Part shown: in pieces, positions 50,301-58,351 of the stretch | How positions within the stretch are numbered: position 1 is the first letter of the stretch | Layout: every line of letters begins with the position of its first letter | NCBI GenBank assembly: GCA_032718475.1 | Contig: JAUCBJ010004434.1 | Span: 1-58,351 of the forward strand | Source of the DNA: Nemertoderma westbladi | Taxonomy: Eukaryota > Animalia > Xenacoelomorpha | Direction: 5' to 3' | DNA: 58,351 bases | The notes under the pieces: generated by a model | Seen by the model: only the letters and a program-made list of their open reading frames with translations | What the model was told of the DNA's origin: nothing | Databases searched by the model: none | Position numbers and translations under genes: made by a program

Positions 50301-53151
50301 ACTCATCCCGATTCCCACATTGTCTATCTTTCTCCAACTCATCCCGTTTCCCACCTTGTCTCTCTTTCTACAACTCATCCCGTTTCCCACATTGTCTCTC
50401 TGTCTCCAAATCATCCCGTTTCCCACATTGTCTCTCTTTCTCCAACTCATCCCGTTTCCCACCTTGTCTCTCTTTCTCCAACTCATCCCGTTTCCCACCT
50501 TGTCTCTCTGTCTCCAACTCATCCCGTTTCCCACATTGTCTATCTTTCTCCAACTCATCCCGTTTCCCACCTTGTCTCTCTTTCTCCAACTCATCCCGTT
50601 TCCCACATTGTCTCTCTTTCTCCAACTCATCCCGTTTCCCACCTTGTCTCTCTTTCTACAACTCATCCCGTTTCCCACCTTGTCTCTCTTTCTCCAACTC
50701 ATCCCGTTTCCCACCTTGTCTATCTTTCTCCAACTCATCCCGTTTCCCACCTTGTCTCTCTTTCTCCAACTCATCCCGTTTCCCACATTGTCTATCTTTC
50801 TCCAACTCATCCCGTTTCCCACCTTGTCTCTCTTTCTACAACTCATCCCGTTTCCCACATTGTCTCTCTGTCTCCAAATCATCCCGTTTCCCACATTGTC
50901 TCTCTGTCTCCAACTCATCCCGTTTCCCACATTGTCTCTCTTTCTACAACTCATCCCGTTTCCCACCTTGTCTCTCTTTCTCCAACTCATCCCGTTTCCC
51001 ACATTGTCTCTCTGTCTCCAACTCATCCCGTTTCCCACATTGTCTCTCTGTCTCCAACTCATCCCGTTTCCCACCTTGTCTCACTTTCTCCAACTCATCC
51101 CGTTTCCCACCTTGTCTCACTTTCTCCAACTCATCCCGTTTCCCACCTTGTCTCTCTTTCTCCAACTCATCCCGATTCCCACCTTGTGTCACTTTCTCCA
51201 ACTCATCCCGTTTCCCACCTTGTCTTTCTTTCTCCAACTCATCCTGAGTTGCCTTCTCCGGATCCTCAGCTTCTGAGTCGCTGTCTGTAGAACTGGTGGA
51301 GTATTCGCTGGCGTCATCATAGTGATCTTTCCACAATCCAAAACGCTGCAAAAACAGACATACATCATAAAGTACAGATGGTAAAGATAAGCCATATGTT
51401 TTTATATTCATAGGCCTACGAGTTGACTTTTTTTGCATTGCACGCTTGGTGGAGTTTACCTTTAAATTGGATCTGTGTAGAAATAGCGCCATCAAGAGAG
51501 CGACATCGTAATACGCGTAATCTTCTTTCATCTCAACTCCGAGAATGCGAGGCGCGAAAAACGGACTGGACATAAAAGGGAAAGCGTCCTTCATGGCATT
51601 CCAGGGGAAGAATTTAAACTGAAACAAATACTTGATGCACATGGTCACCTAAAAGAAGCGAAGTGAAAAAAATAATATTATCAATAGTAAGAATTGAGCT
51701 ACGTGTGTGTGTATCCGTATATCATCCCACTTGTAGCTTAACTAGTAATCGACTCAACACATCTTCGGTCGTTCACATTTAGTGTAATTCAAAGCAATAC
51801 TTAATGTAGGCCGCGAACCAGGTTTCTCAATATTTGCTTCACTATCTTAACAATATTTTCATTATTTAATATTTATTTTTAGTTACACTAGTACATAATT
51901 CTCACCGAAACAACAAACTAAAGTCAATTACAGTTTCATTATTACGAGAAATCAGCTGCTTTTGCTATTGAAGAGAGTAGTATTGTTAAGCAATAAGAGA
52001 TACCGTTACAGTACTACAGTAGCGTACTATACCTCAGTGTATGAAATAGCTATGAACCAGAACAGACGACTAGCTCGTGGAACGCTGAGCATGGACCAAC
52101 AGAAGACAATGATAGGCAGGGCGAGACTGAGAACGTTGGCAGACTGGAGGTTGTTCACAATGATGAGAAGGTAGCAGAGGAGTTCGGAATGGGAAACCAT
52201 CACGTAGAAAATGGCGAAGAACAATCGGACGGGTCGAGAGGATTCAGGACGTATTCGTGTAACAGGATCATCTTCTGGGGGTCTGATGGAATAAATAATT
52301 ATCATTATTAGGAACAAATTAGTTGCGACCAACAGTGTAGTTGGAGCTCTATTTAATATAATCGTTTATGAAATGATGGTACACATTATTCAATTTTTTC
52401 GTGCTGTTTATGTCACATACACGTACTGTAGTTGTACCAAGGAAGTTGAAAGATCGCTATGCAATATCGAGTCGAGTAAGGGGTATATGGAAATTACCTT
52501 GAGCCGATGGCCGGGTAGAATACTGATAAATGGCTGAAGTTTTATTAAATAATATACCTAAATCAGACTGAGGATTAATACCGAAACTATTAATGCCATG
52601 CATCGAGTACAGCAGTCTGGTGTTTAAATAAACAATCTAATGGTAAGAAATATATTGGCCTATTATAAGGGAGCAGAAGTTGTATACGACCTATCGCACA
52701 CAACTTACCCAGACGGTTGTTTAAGAACTCCCTTAGGAATGGATTCTTCCTTCTCTCTGTTATCTTCGCTCTCATCTTCTCTCTCTTTGATGTCACCGAA
52801 ACTCACAAGTCCAGCCTGAATAGCTAATTTGGTCATTTCTTTCCGTTGCCGCTCTTCCTCCTCCTACACGAAATAAACTTTAATTAATTAATTTTAATTA
52901 TTCCGCCGTCATCAAGTTCATATTGTAAAGGTGCGTGTACAATGTACAGAAGAGTATAACTTAGTTTAAAGTTACCTTAGCGACTCTAATTTCCATTTCC
53001 CGTTTTTCTATACGTTCCTTTTCTAGAATATGCGCGACGTAGCGGTAGTCGTAAGTAACATCTCCCAGGCCAGAAACCGTACCATCGATAGTTTGCGTAA
53101 AGATACTCCACATGATGCTAATACCTCTAAACATCTTTTGTTTGGAGGAAG
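11129..53151 (-). CDS. piezo: Piezo-type mechanosensitive ion channel, 3' portion (18 exons traced; 5' part outside the window)
   Basis: Translated exons carry Piezo signature motifs: [136 protein letters not shown] and YRSPE.MI.WT. All junctions are GT-AG and phase-consistent. Confidence 0.97.
12108..29331. repeat. 24-bp minisatellite, ~17.2 kb, ~715 copies, filling the last Piezo intron
   Basis: Unit ATAACAATCAG(C/A)TACTCACCCCTT. On the sense strand it reads AAGGG|GTGAGTA(G/T)CTGATTGTTAT. Confidence 0.99.
29329..29491 (-). CDS. piezo: Piezo penultimate exon (end of cap domain)
   Basis: (A)[53 protein letters not shown](G). Acceptor ttttcttag, donor GG|GTGAGT. Confidence 0.93.
29508..36007. 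repeat. ~39-bp minisatellite (35/38/39-bp variants), ~6.5 kb, ~165 copies
   Basis: Unit CTTACTGTACCGTACGTGTAGGTTCAGTATACATGCT(T/C)A. Confidence 0.99.
36782..38071. repeat. 46-bp minisatellite, ~28 copies
   Basis: Unit TTCTCCAACACCCGGACCCAGGGCTTTGGTAGAGCTATGGGTTTAG. Confidence 0.98.
38465..39030 (-). mobile_element. 5'-truncated, frameshifted L2-clade (CR1 group) LINE 3' end
   Basis: ORF2 C-terminal motifs [23 protein letters not shown]...YKCLHG.AP.YL, R.LRS and [10 protein letters not shown]. These are followed by a 3' stem-loop gcgcctt..aaggcgc and a (TGAG)n-like tail. Confidence 0.85.
39679..39767 (-). CDS. piezo: Piezo cap exon, alternative B (89 nt)
   Basis: (I)[29 protein letters not shown]. 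Acceptor tattttgcag, donor AAG|GTTAGT. Phase 2 in, phase 1 out. Confidence 0.88.
40380..40637. repeat. Perfect 128-bp tandem duplication
   Basis: ataatctcctctcagtttggc...ccaagagtgcggt occurs at 40381 and again at 40509. Confidence 0.95.
40892..41228. mobile_element. MITE with ~38-bp perfect terminal inverted repeats
   Basis: tagggttggtgcgcgaaaaaattgttgggctagaaaca ... tgtttctagcccaacaattttttcgcgcaccaacccta. The terminal TA could be a TSD. Confidence 0.8.
42537..42643 (-). CDS. piezo: Piezo cap exon, alternative A (107 nt)
   Basis: (I)[35 protein letters not shown]. Acceptor ccttcttcctcag, donor ATG|GTAAGC. Phase 2 in, phase 1 out. Confidence 0.85.
43035..43182 (-). CDS. piezo: Piezo exon (cap domain)
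   Basis: (D)[48 protein letters not shown]. Acceptor cctcttag, donor AT|GTACGT. Confidence 0.85.
43600..43750 (-). CDS. piezo: Piezo exon (cap domain)
   Basis: [50 protein letters not shown], with the W.ISPP motif. Confidence 0.9.
44092..44225 (-). CDS. piezo: Piezo exon (start of cap domain)
   Basis: (A)[44 protein letters not shown]. Acceptor tttgcag, donor GTAAGA. Confidence 0.92.
44233..46279. repeat. 18-bp minisatellite, ~113 copies, with a 219-bp higher-order period at the distal end
   Basis: Unit AATACAACAGAGTCAACC. The variant accaccattac recurs at ~45351, 45787, 46006 and 46225. Confidence 0.98.
46308..46562. repeat. 36-bp GC-rich minisatellite, ~7 copies
   Basis: Unit GGAGAACCGGGCTTACAAGGCCCCACAGGCGCCAGT. 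Confidence 0.95.
46597..47720. repeat. 70-bp GC-rich minisatellite, ~16 copies
   Basis: Unit GGTGCTATGCTGGGTCCCCCAGCACTAGTGTGTCCGCCAGCACTGTGTATGGCTGACCATGAGATCTGGG, with internal hairpin TGCTGGG-tcc-CCCAGCA. Confidence 0.98.
47755..47905 (-). CDS. piezo: Piezo exon (outer helix)
   Basis: [50 protein letters not shown]. Confidence 0.93.
48006..48153 (-). CDS. piezo: Piezo exon (anchor, PFEW motif)
   Basis: [49 protein letters not shown]. Donor GTAAGT. Confidence 0.95.
48418..48576 (-). CDS. piezo: Piezo exon
   Basis: [52 protein letters not shown]. Confidence 0.95.
48928..49139 (-). CDS. piezo: Piezo exon
   Basis: [70 protein letters not shown]. Confidence 0.95.
49419..49566 (-). CDS. piezo: Piezo exon
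   Basis: [49 protein letters not shown]. Confidence 0.93.
49768..49873 (-). CDS. piezo: Piezo exon (acidic cytoplasmic loop)
   Basis: (V)[34 protein letters not shown](K). Acceptor atttccag, donor GTATGT. Phases 1 and 2 fit both neighbours. Confidence 0.8.
50275..51245. repeat. 36-bp minisatellite, ~27 copies, spanning a Piezo exon end and donor site
   Basis: Sense-strand unit GATGAGTTGGAGAAAGAGAGACAA(G/T)|GTGGGAAACGG, which translates as [12 protein letters not shown]. Confidence 0.97.
51219..51345 (-). CDS. piezo: Piezo exon (3' end ambiguous because the donor is tandemly repeated)
   Basis: [42 protein letters not shown]. The first donor AAG|GTGGGA is phase 1, matching the next exon. Confidence 0.8.
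51460..51648 (-). CDS. piezo: Piezo exon
   Basis: [17 protein letters not shown]...PRILGVE...[16 protein letters not shown]. Confidence 0.95.
52033..52282 (-). CDS. piezo: Piezo exon
   Basis: PPEDDPV...[14 protein letters not shown]...[33 protein letters not shown]. Confidence 0.95.
52709..52863 (-). CDS. piezo: Piezo exon (charged loop)
   Basis: [51 protein letters not shown](G). Donor GG|GTAAGT. Phases fit. Confidence 0.8.
52976..53151 (-). CDS. piezo: Piezo exon (clasp region), most 5' exon found in the window
   Basis: [58 protein letters not shown]. Acceptor ttttacag, donor AAG|GTAACT. Confidence 0.82.
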
Positions 53152-54249
53152 CTGTAAAATATTCGAAAACAAATAAACCCCCATTTACATTGGAACTAAT
53201 AAATTAGTATCCATGCCGTGTGTATTCTGTGTAGATACGTAAAATGTTGATTCCAGATTACAAAGAGTTTAGCAACATTTCAACATAAGGGGTTTTCCTT
53301 TGACGCGGACGGGTTAAGTCCCTAATGACGACAAACATGTATAGTAACGTGTTTCAATTGTTAAACTTGAGGGAATTTCCCGTTTTCGGATAGAGAACTA
53401 TCCGCCTCTTACCCTATAAGTGTAAAAGTGTAAATTTGCAGACATATAAATTCTAAATATCAATATATTTAGCAATACCCGGTGTTATGTTCGGCAAATT
53501 TTTTTATTTTTTTCTAAACACGATACACCGCAAACCGGAGTAAAAGGGATCTTTTATTTGAAGTGATAAATGACCAAGTAAAACGTGCACGAAATAATGA
53601 TACTTTATAACGAAATCGTAAGTTTTATAATATTAAAAACAAAAATTCCTTATAATAAAACATGACAGCCAGTGTAGAGTGGAGATCTGGTAGAAGGAGA
53701 GTACGACCCAGGGCTTGACTTTCATCTAGCTAGTTCGCCTAGTGTGGGGCACTCTGTGCAAGTGAGTCAATGGTATAGAGATTGACTGCAGTCGCATTGC
53801 AGAAACTACAGATACATGATACATTCCTCCGTAATTGTGTGGAAGGGGGTCATACGCTACGCCTATACTTTTAAAAAAATTTTAAAATCACTCTTAGATT
53901 AGTGGTTACATCGGGAAAAAATAGTTATTATTCAAAAAAATTTAACCGTTTCTGCCTGATAATTTTTTAATAGCCATTGGAAAAAACTTTTTAAGTACTT
54001 TCCACGTTCAGCCTTGTATTCCTATGGTTTTGTTGTAATTTAATTCCTCGTTGATTTTTTTCTTTTTTTTGTCACGGTATTGTAATTGTGGATATTGATG
54101 ATAATATAGGCCCCATTTCCATGTAACAGCAACTCTTTGTGTAAATGGAAATGAAGCTAATTGGTATATTCGATCAATACAATTGAGAATAGCACAGAAC
54201 ACACATTGTGTCGTTCGTTTGCCTTTGACTCAGTGCCACAGTTTGTGTT

Positions 54250-54530
54250 AGTTATGTCATAGGAATTCATTCAGGAAGAAAGAATATATATTAAAATCAT
54301 AGATCGAAAATGATTCAGCGAGTGCAATCGCTATGGCAACGCTATGCGGTATCCACTGGGAAGGGTTTAGTATAGTATTTGTTATTGCTGTTATCGTGAA
54401 GTCTGTGTGAAGAGAGAAGCAGTTCAGTAGTACATGTGGGTCGATACCGTTGCACAGGCTTGGAGGGAAACCAGGATGGAATGAGTCAGGCAGTCCTGGG
54501 TGGCAGATGGGGTGAGGGATGGGACTCACA
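54250..54530 (-). mobile_element. Possible decayed CR1/L2-group LINE fragment (start of ORF2 endonuclease)
   Basis: Frameshifted motifs IDP....N, NKYYT and SFSIYDFNIYS resemble the region preceding and starting the APE domain. Weak. Confidence 0.25.
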
Positions 54531-55711
54531 CAATATGCAGCGTGCTGTTCTTGTTATATAAGCTAACAGAGCAGCCGTGTACTGAAAACATAAGAGTAAA
54601 TACGTTCAACTAGTTAACTAAAATCCTGATGTACTGTATATAATTCCAATTACTTTTATTATCTATTGGTAAATTAAATTCATTGTATAATATCAGACAA
54701 GTAGACCATAACACAATGCTATACGCAGATATTCATTAAGTTTAGTGTTTCATTATTATCTTGTTTATATTGTAAATTATTAGTTATGTTTATTAATAAG
54801 GTATTATAAGAATTACACAGCTGGTAAGTAAGATTATTAAATAATAATAACTTCCCAGAATTATTAAGTACCAAGTTAAACAAAATAGGAGCTCGTTGGG
54901 AAATATATTATTGCAAATAACCTTTCACTAAATTCTAGAGTAATTTATTTGGAATTGATGATATAAATAGAATATCCACAAGTTTAGTTAATTTATATAT
55001 TTATTTTAAGTCGGCGTGAAATTCACCGTGAAATAAAGTAAACTCAATAGTGAGCTTTGGAATGTTATATATCACGGCGTGTTATAAAGTAGCATCATTC
55101 TTTCAGTATTTCTGTATCGTATTCTACGGTCACGGTGAAGTAGGCCTAACAGTAAGTCATTCATTACAGATACAGACAGCACAATCTTCATAGGTCGTTG
55201 TCGGCACCGTTACTGCGTAGGTTACTGTTCTGCAAACTAAAATTTAGTGTTGATCATGAATGATCAATGTGGCTGCAGATTATTGGTAATGACAATTGGG
55301 AGACAATGAGGACATAGATCAGGTAGTAATTCCAAGGTCACCATTTATCTGAGCCGATATCGGACTGGGTTAGAGTGCCAGACATCCAACATGGAGAACA
55401 TGGGCAACATCCAGTTAGTTTCCGCTTGGAAGTCAATGCCGACTAAGCTAAGCTATGCCATTATAATAACAATATGAAAAAAGGATCTGTAACAATTTCT
55501 AAAAATCAGGCATATTTTTATTGCACTTCCGTAGAGGAGCACAACTGACTGGTTTTATTAACCTCTATTATTTATCTTTCAGGATATTTGTTTCTTTATA
55601 CAGCTATATCAAGATTTTATCATTATTCTATTTCAGAAATGTAATTTGGTGAAATTAATTTATTAATTGACAACATTGCAAGTCACAGAGAAGAAAATAC
55701 AACGTTTAACA

Positions 55712-58351
55712 ATGAAAGTTTTACTTTTTGTATTTCCATTGTTCATTTGTATGCGCTGTGTACTATCAGCAGCGCCCACCATATCTTCAACAGCGGTCGT
55801 CCTCAACCAAGACAACAAGTACGACCTAAAGTGTGTATCTGAAGACGTGGCCAATTTGCAAATGAAATTTAAAGATACAAATAACGCAGATATAAGTGAT
55901 ACACAAGGCACCTACACAGTGACTTCCAACACAGCGGGAAATCCAATACTAATTGTCACATTGGATAATCCTTCCGCGGATACAGATGGATCCTACACTT
56001 GTGAAGCCAGTGTTGATGGAGAGATATCAACTCTCGCTTTAGATGTAGTTGTTCTAAAATCAGCAACTGTTACCACTCCTGCCAACGGAATTATAAAATA
56101 TGGAGATACTAACTTTGTTTTAACATGTAATGTGGAACCTTCGTCATATAGTGGAGTTATTACATGGAAGTTTACTGGTACTGGTGAATCCAGTCCAACA
56201 ACAATTGCTGCCAATGACCACTATGCACTCAGTGGTAAAACATTGACAGTATCGACAGTTGTTGTAGCTGATGAAGGGACATACAAATGTGAGGCAGCAG
56301 ATACAGATAGTGGCCCTGTGGTTGTGGTTGGAAATGAAGTTGGTGTTGTTGTCAGAGCTAAAATGACATCCGTTGCTATCACCCAACCTGTCAATGGTAT
56401 TATAAAAGTAGGGGATTCAAACTTTGTTTTAACATGTAATGTTGAACCTTCGTCATATAATGGAGTTCTTACATGGAAGTTTACTGGTACTGGTGAATCC
56501 AGTCCAACAACAATTGTTGCCAATGACCACTATGCACTCAGTGGTAAAACATTGACAGTATCGACAGTTGTTGTAGGCGACGAAGGGACATACAAATGTG
56601 TGGCAGCAAATGCATCAAATGGGCCTGTAATTGTTGTGGGGGATGAAGTTGACGTTGTTGTCAGAGCTAAAATGACATCAGTTACTATCACTCAACCTGC
56701 CAATGGAATTATAAAAGTAGGGGATACTAACTTTGTTTTAACCTGTAATGTGGAACCTTCGTCATATAGTGGAGTTATTACATGGAAGTTTACTGGTACT
56801 GGTGAATCCAGTCCAACAACAATTGCTGCCAATGACCACTATGCACTCAGTGGTAAAACATTGACAGTATCGACAGTTATTGTAGCTGATGAAGGGACAT
56901 ACAAATGTGAGGCAGCAAATGCAGCTAATGGGCCTGTAATTGTTGTGGGGGATGACATTAATGTGATTATCAGGGCTAAAATTACATCTACCACTGTGAG
57001 TTTAGTAGATAGTAAGTACAAGTTAACTTGTGAAGCCACTGGAGAAATTACTATAGATATCAAGTTTAAAGATCCAGCAGGTGTGGAAACTACTGATGTA
57101 AATAAGTACACGCCTTCACTCACTACATCGGGAAATACAGCCACCTTAGTTGTGACTTTGGAGAATCCAAGTTTGATTTCTGATGGTGACTACAGTTGCG
57201 AAGCTTTTGCAAATGGTGATAATGCGTCACCGACTACAGAAACAATGCAAGTTGTCATCCTCAAATCAGTAATTATCACTCAACCTGCTAATGGTATTAT
57301 AAAAGCAGGGGATTCTAACTTTGTTTTAACATGTAATGTGGAACCTTCATCATATAGTGGAGTTATTACATGGAAGTTTACTGGTACTGGTGAATCCAGT
57401 CCAACAACAATTGCTGCCAATGACCACTATGCACTCAGTGGTAAAACATTGACAGTATCGACAGTTGTTGTAGGCGACGAAGGGACATACAAATGTGAGG
57501 CATCAGATACAGATAGTGGCCCTGTGGTTGTGGTTGAAAATGAAAAACAAGTTGGTATTAAAGTTCAAGCTGAACTTGTAAGTTTTATTGAAACTATATC
57601 TGCCGGATTACAATTTGAATGCACAGCAAAAGGAGACCCTGTTCCTGAAATTTCGATATACCACCCTACTGATTCTGAAACACAATTAAGTGGCGATAGA
57701 TATACAATTACTTTACAAGAAAACTGTGTAATAAAAGGAGATTGCATGAAAACAATAGTTGTTAACAGTCCAACATATAATGATGTTGGTGAATATAGTT
57801 GCAAAGCTAAAAACATTATTGATGGACATGATTACCTGGTTGAATCAGAAGAAAGCTGGAAAGTCATTGGTGTACAGAAGGTGGTTGTTACTATACCAGA
57901 AAATCAGAATGACATCAAGGTTGGAATTGATGTAACCCTTCGGTGTATTGCTAGTTTTGGCACCAGTACTACTTATACATATGGATGGGCAAAAATACCT
58001 GCTGGTGGTGGCGATGTTACAGAAATGACAGAGAACACCGCAAACTATGAATTAACTGCTGACACACTCAAAATAACTAGTATTCAACTAAGTGATAGCG
58101 GCACTTACAAATGTTTTCTACATGCAGAACCAGAAATCCTTGGGAATCGGAAATCTATTATACAACTGGATGATACAGTTATAAATATTGAAGTGAAGAC
58201 CCCTTCTAGTGTTTCAGGTCTAACAATTGCAAGTCCCTTTTCATCTGCACCTATTCATATTGGAGATAATATTCGGCTCATATGTGGTGCCGCTGGTGAC
58301 CCTATGCCTCTTATTAAATGGGAATTTCAAAGTCCCACTGAAACAATAACA
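55712..58351 (+). CDS. Signal-peptide, multi-immunoglobulin (I-set-like) domain protein; at least 880 aa, runs off the window
   Basis: ATG at 55712 (MKVLLFVFPLFICMRCVLS-AAP) and no stop codon to the window end. Eight complete and one partial Ig domains with L.C...W..D.G.Y.C motifs (e.g. FVLTCNV..ITWKF..TLTVSTV..ADEGTYKC). A tttcag acceptor at 55636 suggests an upstream 5'UTR intron. Confidence 0.92.
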   Translation, partial: MKVLLFVFPLFICMRCVLSAAPTISSTAVVLNQDNKYDLKCVSEDVANLQMKFKDTNNADISDTQGTYTVTSNTAGNPILIVTLDNPSADTDGSYTCEASVDGEISTLALDVVVLKSATVTTPANGIIKYGDTNFVLTCNVEPSSYSGVITWKFTGTGESSPTTIAANDHYALSGKTLTVSTVVVADEGTYKCEAADTDSGPVVVVGNEVGVVVRAKMTSVAITQPVNGIIKVGDSNFVLTCNVEPSSYNGVLTWKFTGTGESSPTTIVANDHYALSGKTLTVSTVVVGDEGTYKCVAANASNGPVIVVGDEVDVVVRAKMTSVTITQPANGIIKVGDTNFVLTCNVEPSSYSGVITWKFTGTGESSPTTIAANDHYALSGKTLTVSTVIVADEGTYKCEAANAANGPVIVVGDDINVIIRAKITSTTVSLVDSKYKLTCEATGEITIDIKFKDPAGVETTDVNKYTPSLTTSGNTATLVVTLENPSLISDGDYSCEAFANGDNASPTTETMQVVILKSVIITQPANGIIKAGDSNFVLTCNVEPSSYSGVITWKFTGTGESSPTTIAANDHYALSGKTLTVSTVVVGDEGTYKCEASDTDSGPVVVVENEKQVGIKVQAELVSFIETISAGLQFECTAKGDPVPEISIYHPTDSETQLSGDRYTITLQENCVIKGDCMKTIVVNSPTYNDVGEYSCKAKNIIDGHDYLVESEESWKVIGVQKVVVTIPENQNDIKVGIDVTLRCIASFGTSTTYTYGWAKIPAGGGDVTEMTENTANYELTADTLKITSIQLSDSGTYKCFLHAEPEILGNRKSIIQLDDTVINIEVKTPSSVSGLTIASPFSSAPIHIGDNIRLICGAAGDPMPLIKWEFQSPTETIT

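Noticed and set aside
55663-57816. Minus-strand ORFs over the Ig gene
   Set aside because: Antisense shadows of the plus-strand Ig reading frame.

Overview
AT-rich invertebrate-animal genomic DNA with spliceosomal GT-AG introns. It is not prokaryotic and has no CRISPR array. The window is dominated by the 3' part (~900 codons) of a Piezo mechanosensitive channel gene on the minus strand. I traced it by hand through 18 phase-consistent exons from 53151 to the stop at 11129. Two of these exons (42537-42643 and 39679-39767) are paralogous, have the same phase and cannot be used together, so they look like a mutually exclusive pair encoding the FPK(F/Y)IR segment of the extracellular cap. About half the window is intronic minisatellite (24, 39, 46, 18, 36, 70 and 36 bp units). 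Four of these arrays are tandem amplifications of the adjacent Piezo splice signals (donor or branch-point region). A secreted or cell-surface multi-Ig-domain gene (one open exon of at least 880 codons, missed by the ORF track) lies antisense, apparently inside a Piezo intron. Also present: an intronless 296-aa beta-propeller-like ORF, two copies of a tRNA-derived SINE, an L2-type LINE 3' end, several MITE/foldback elements and a 172-bp spacerless palindrome. Most long ORFs in the supplied track are satellite artefacts.
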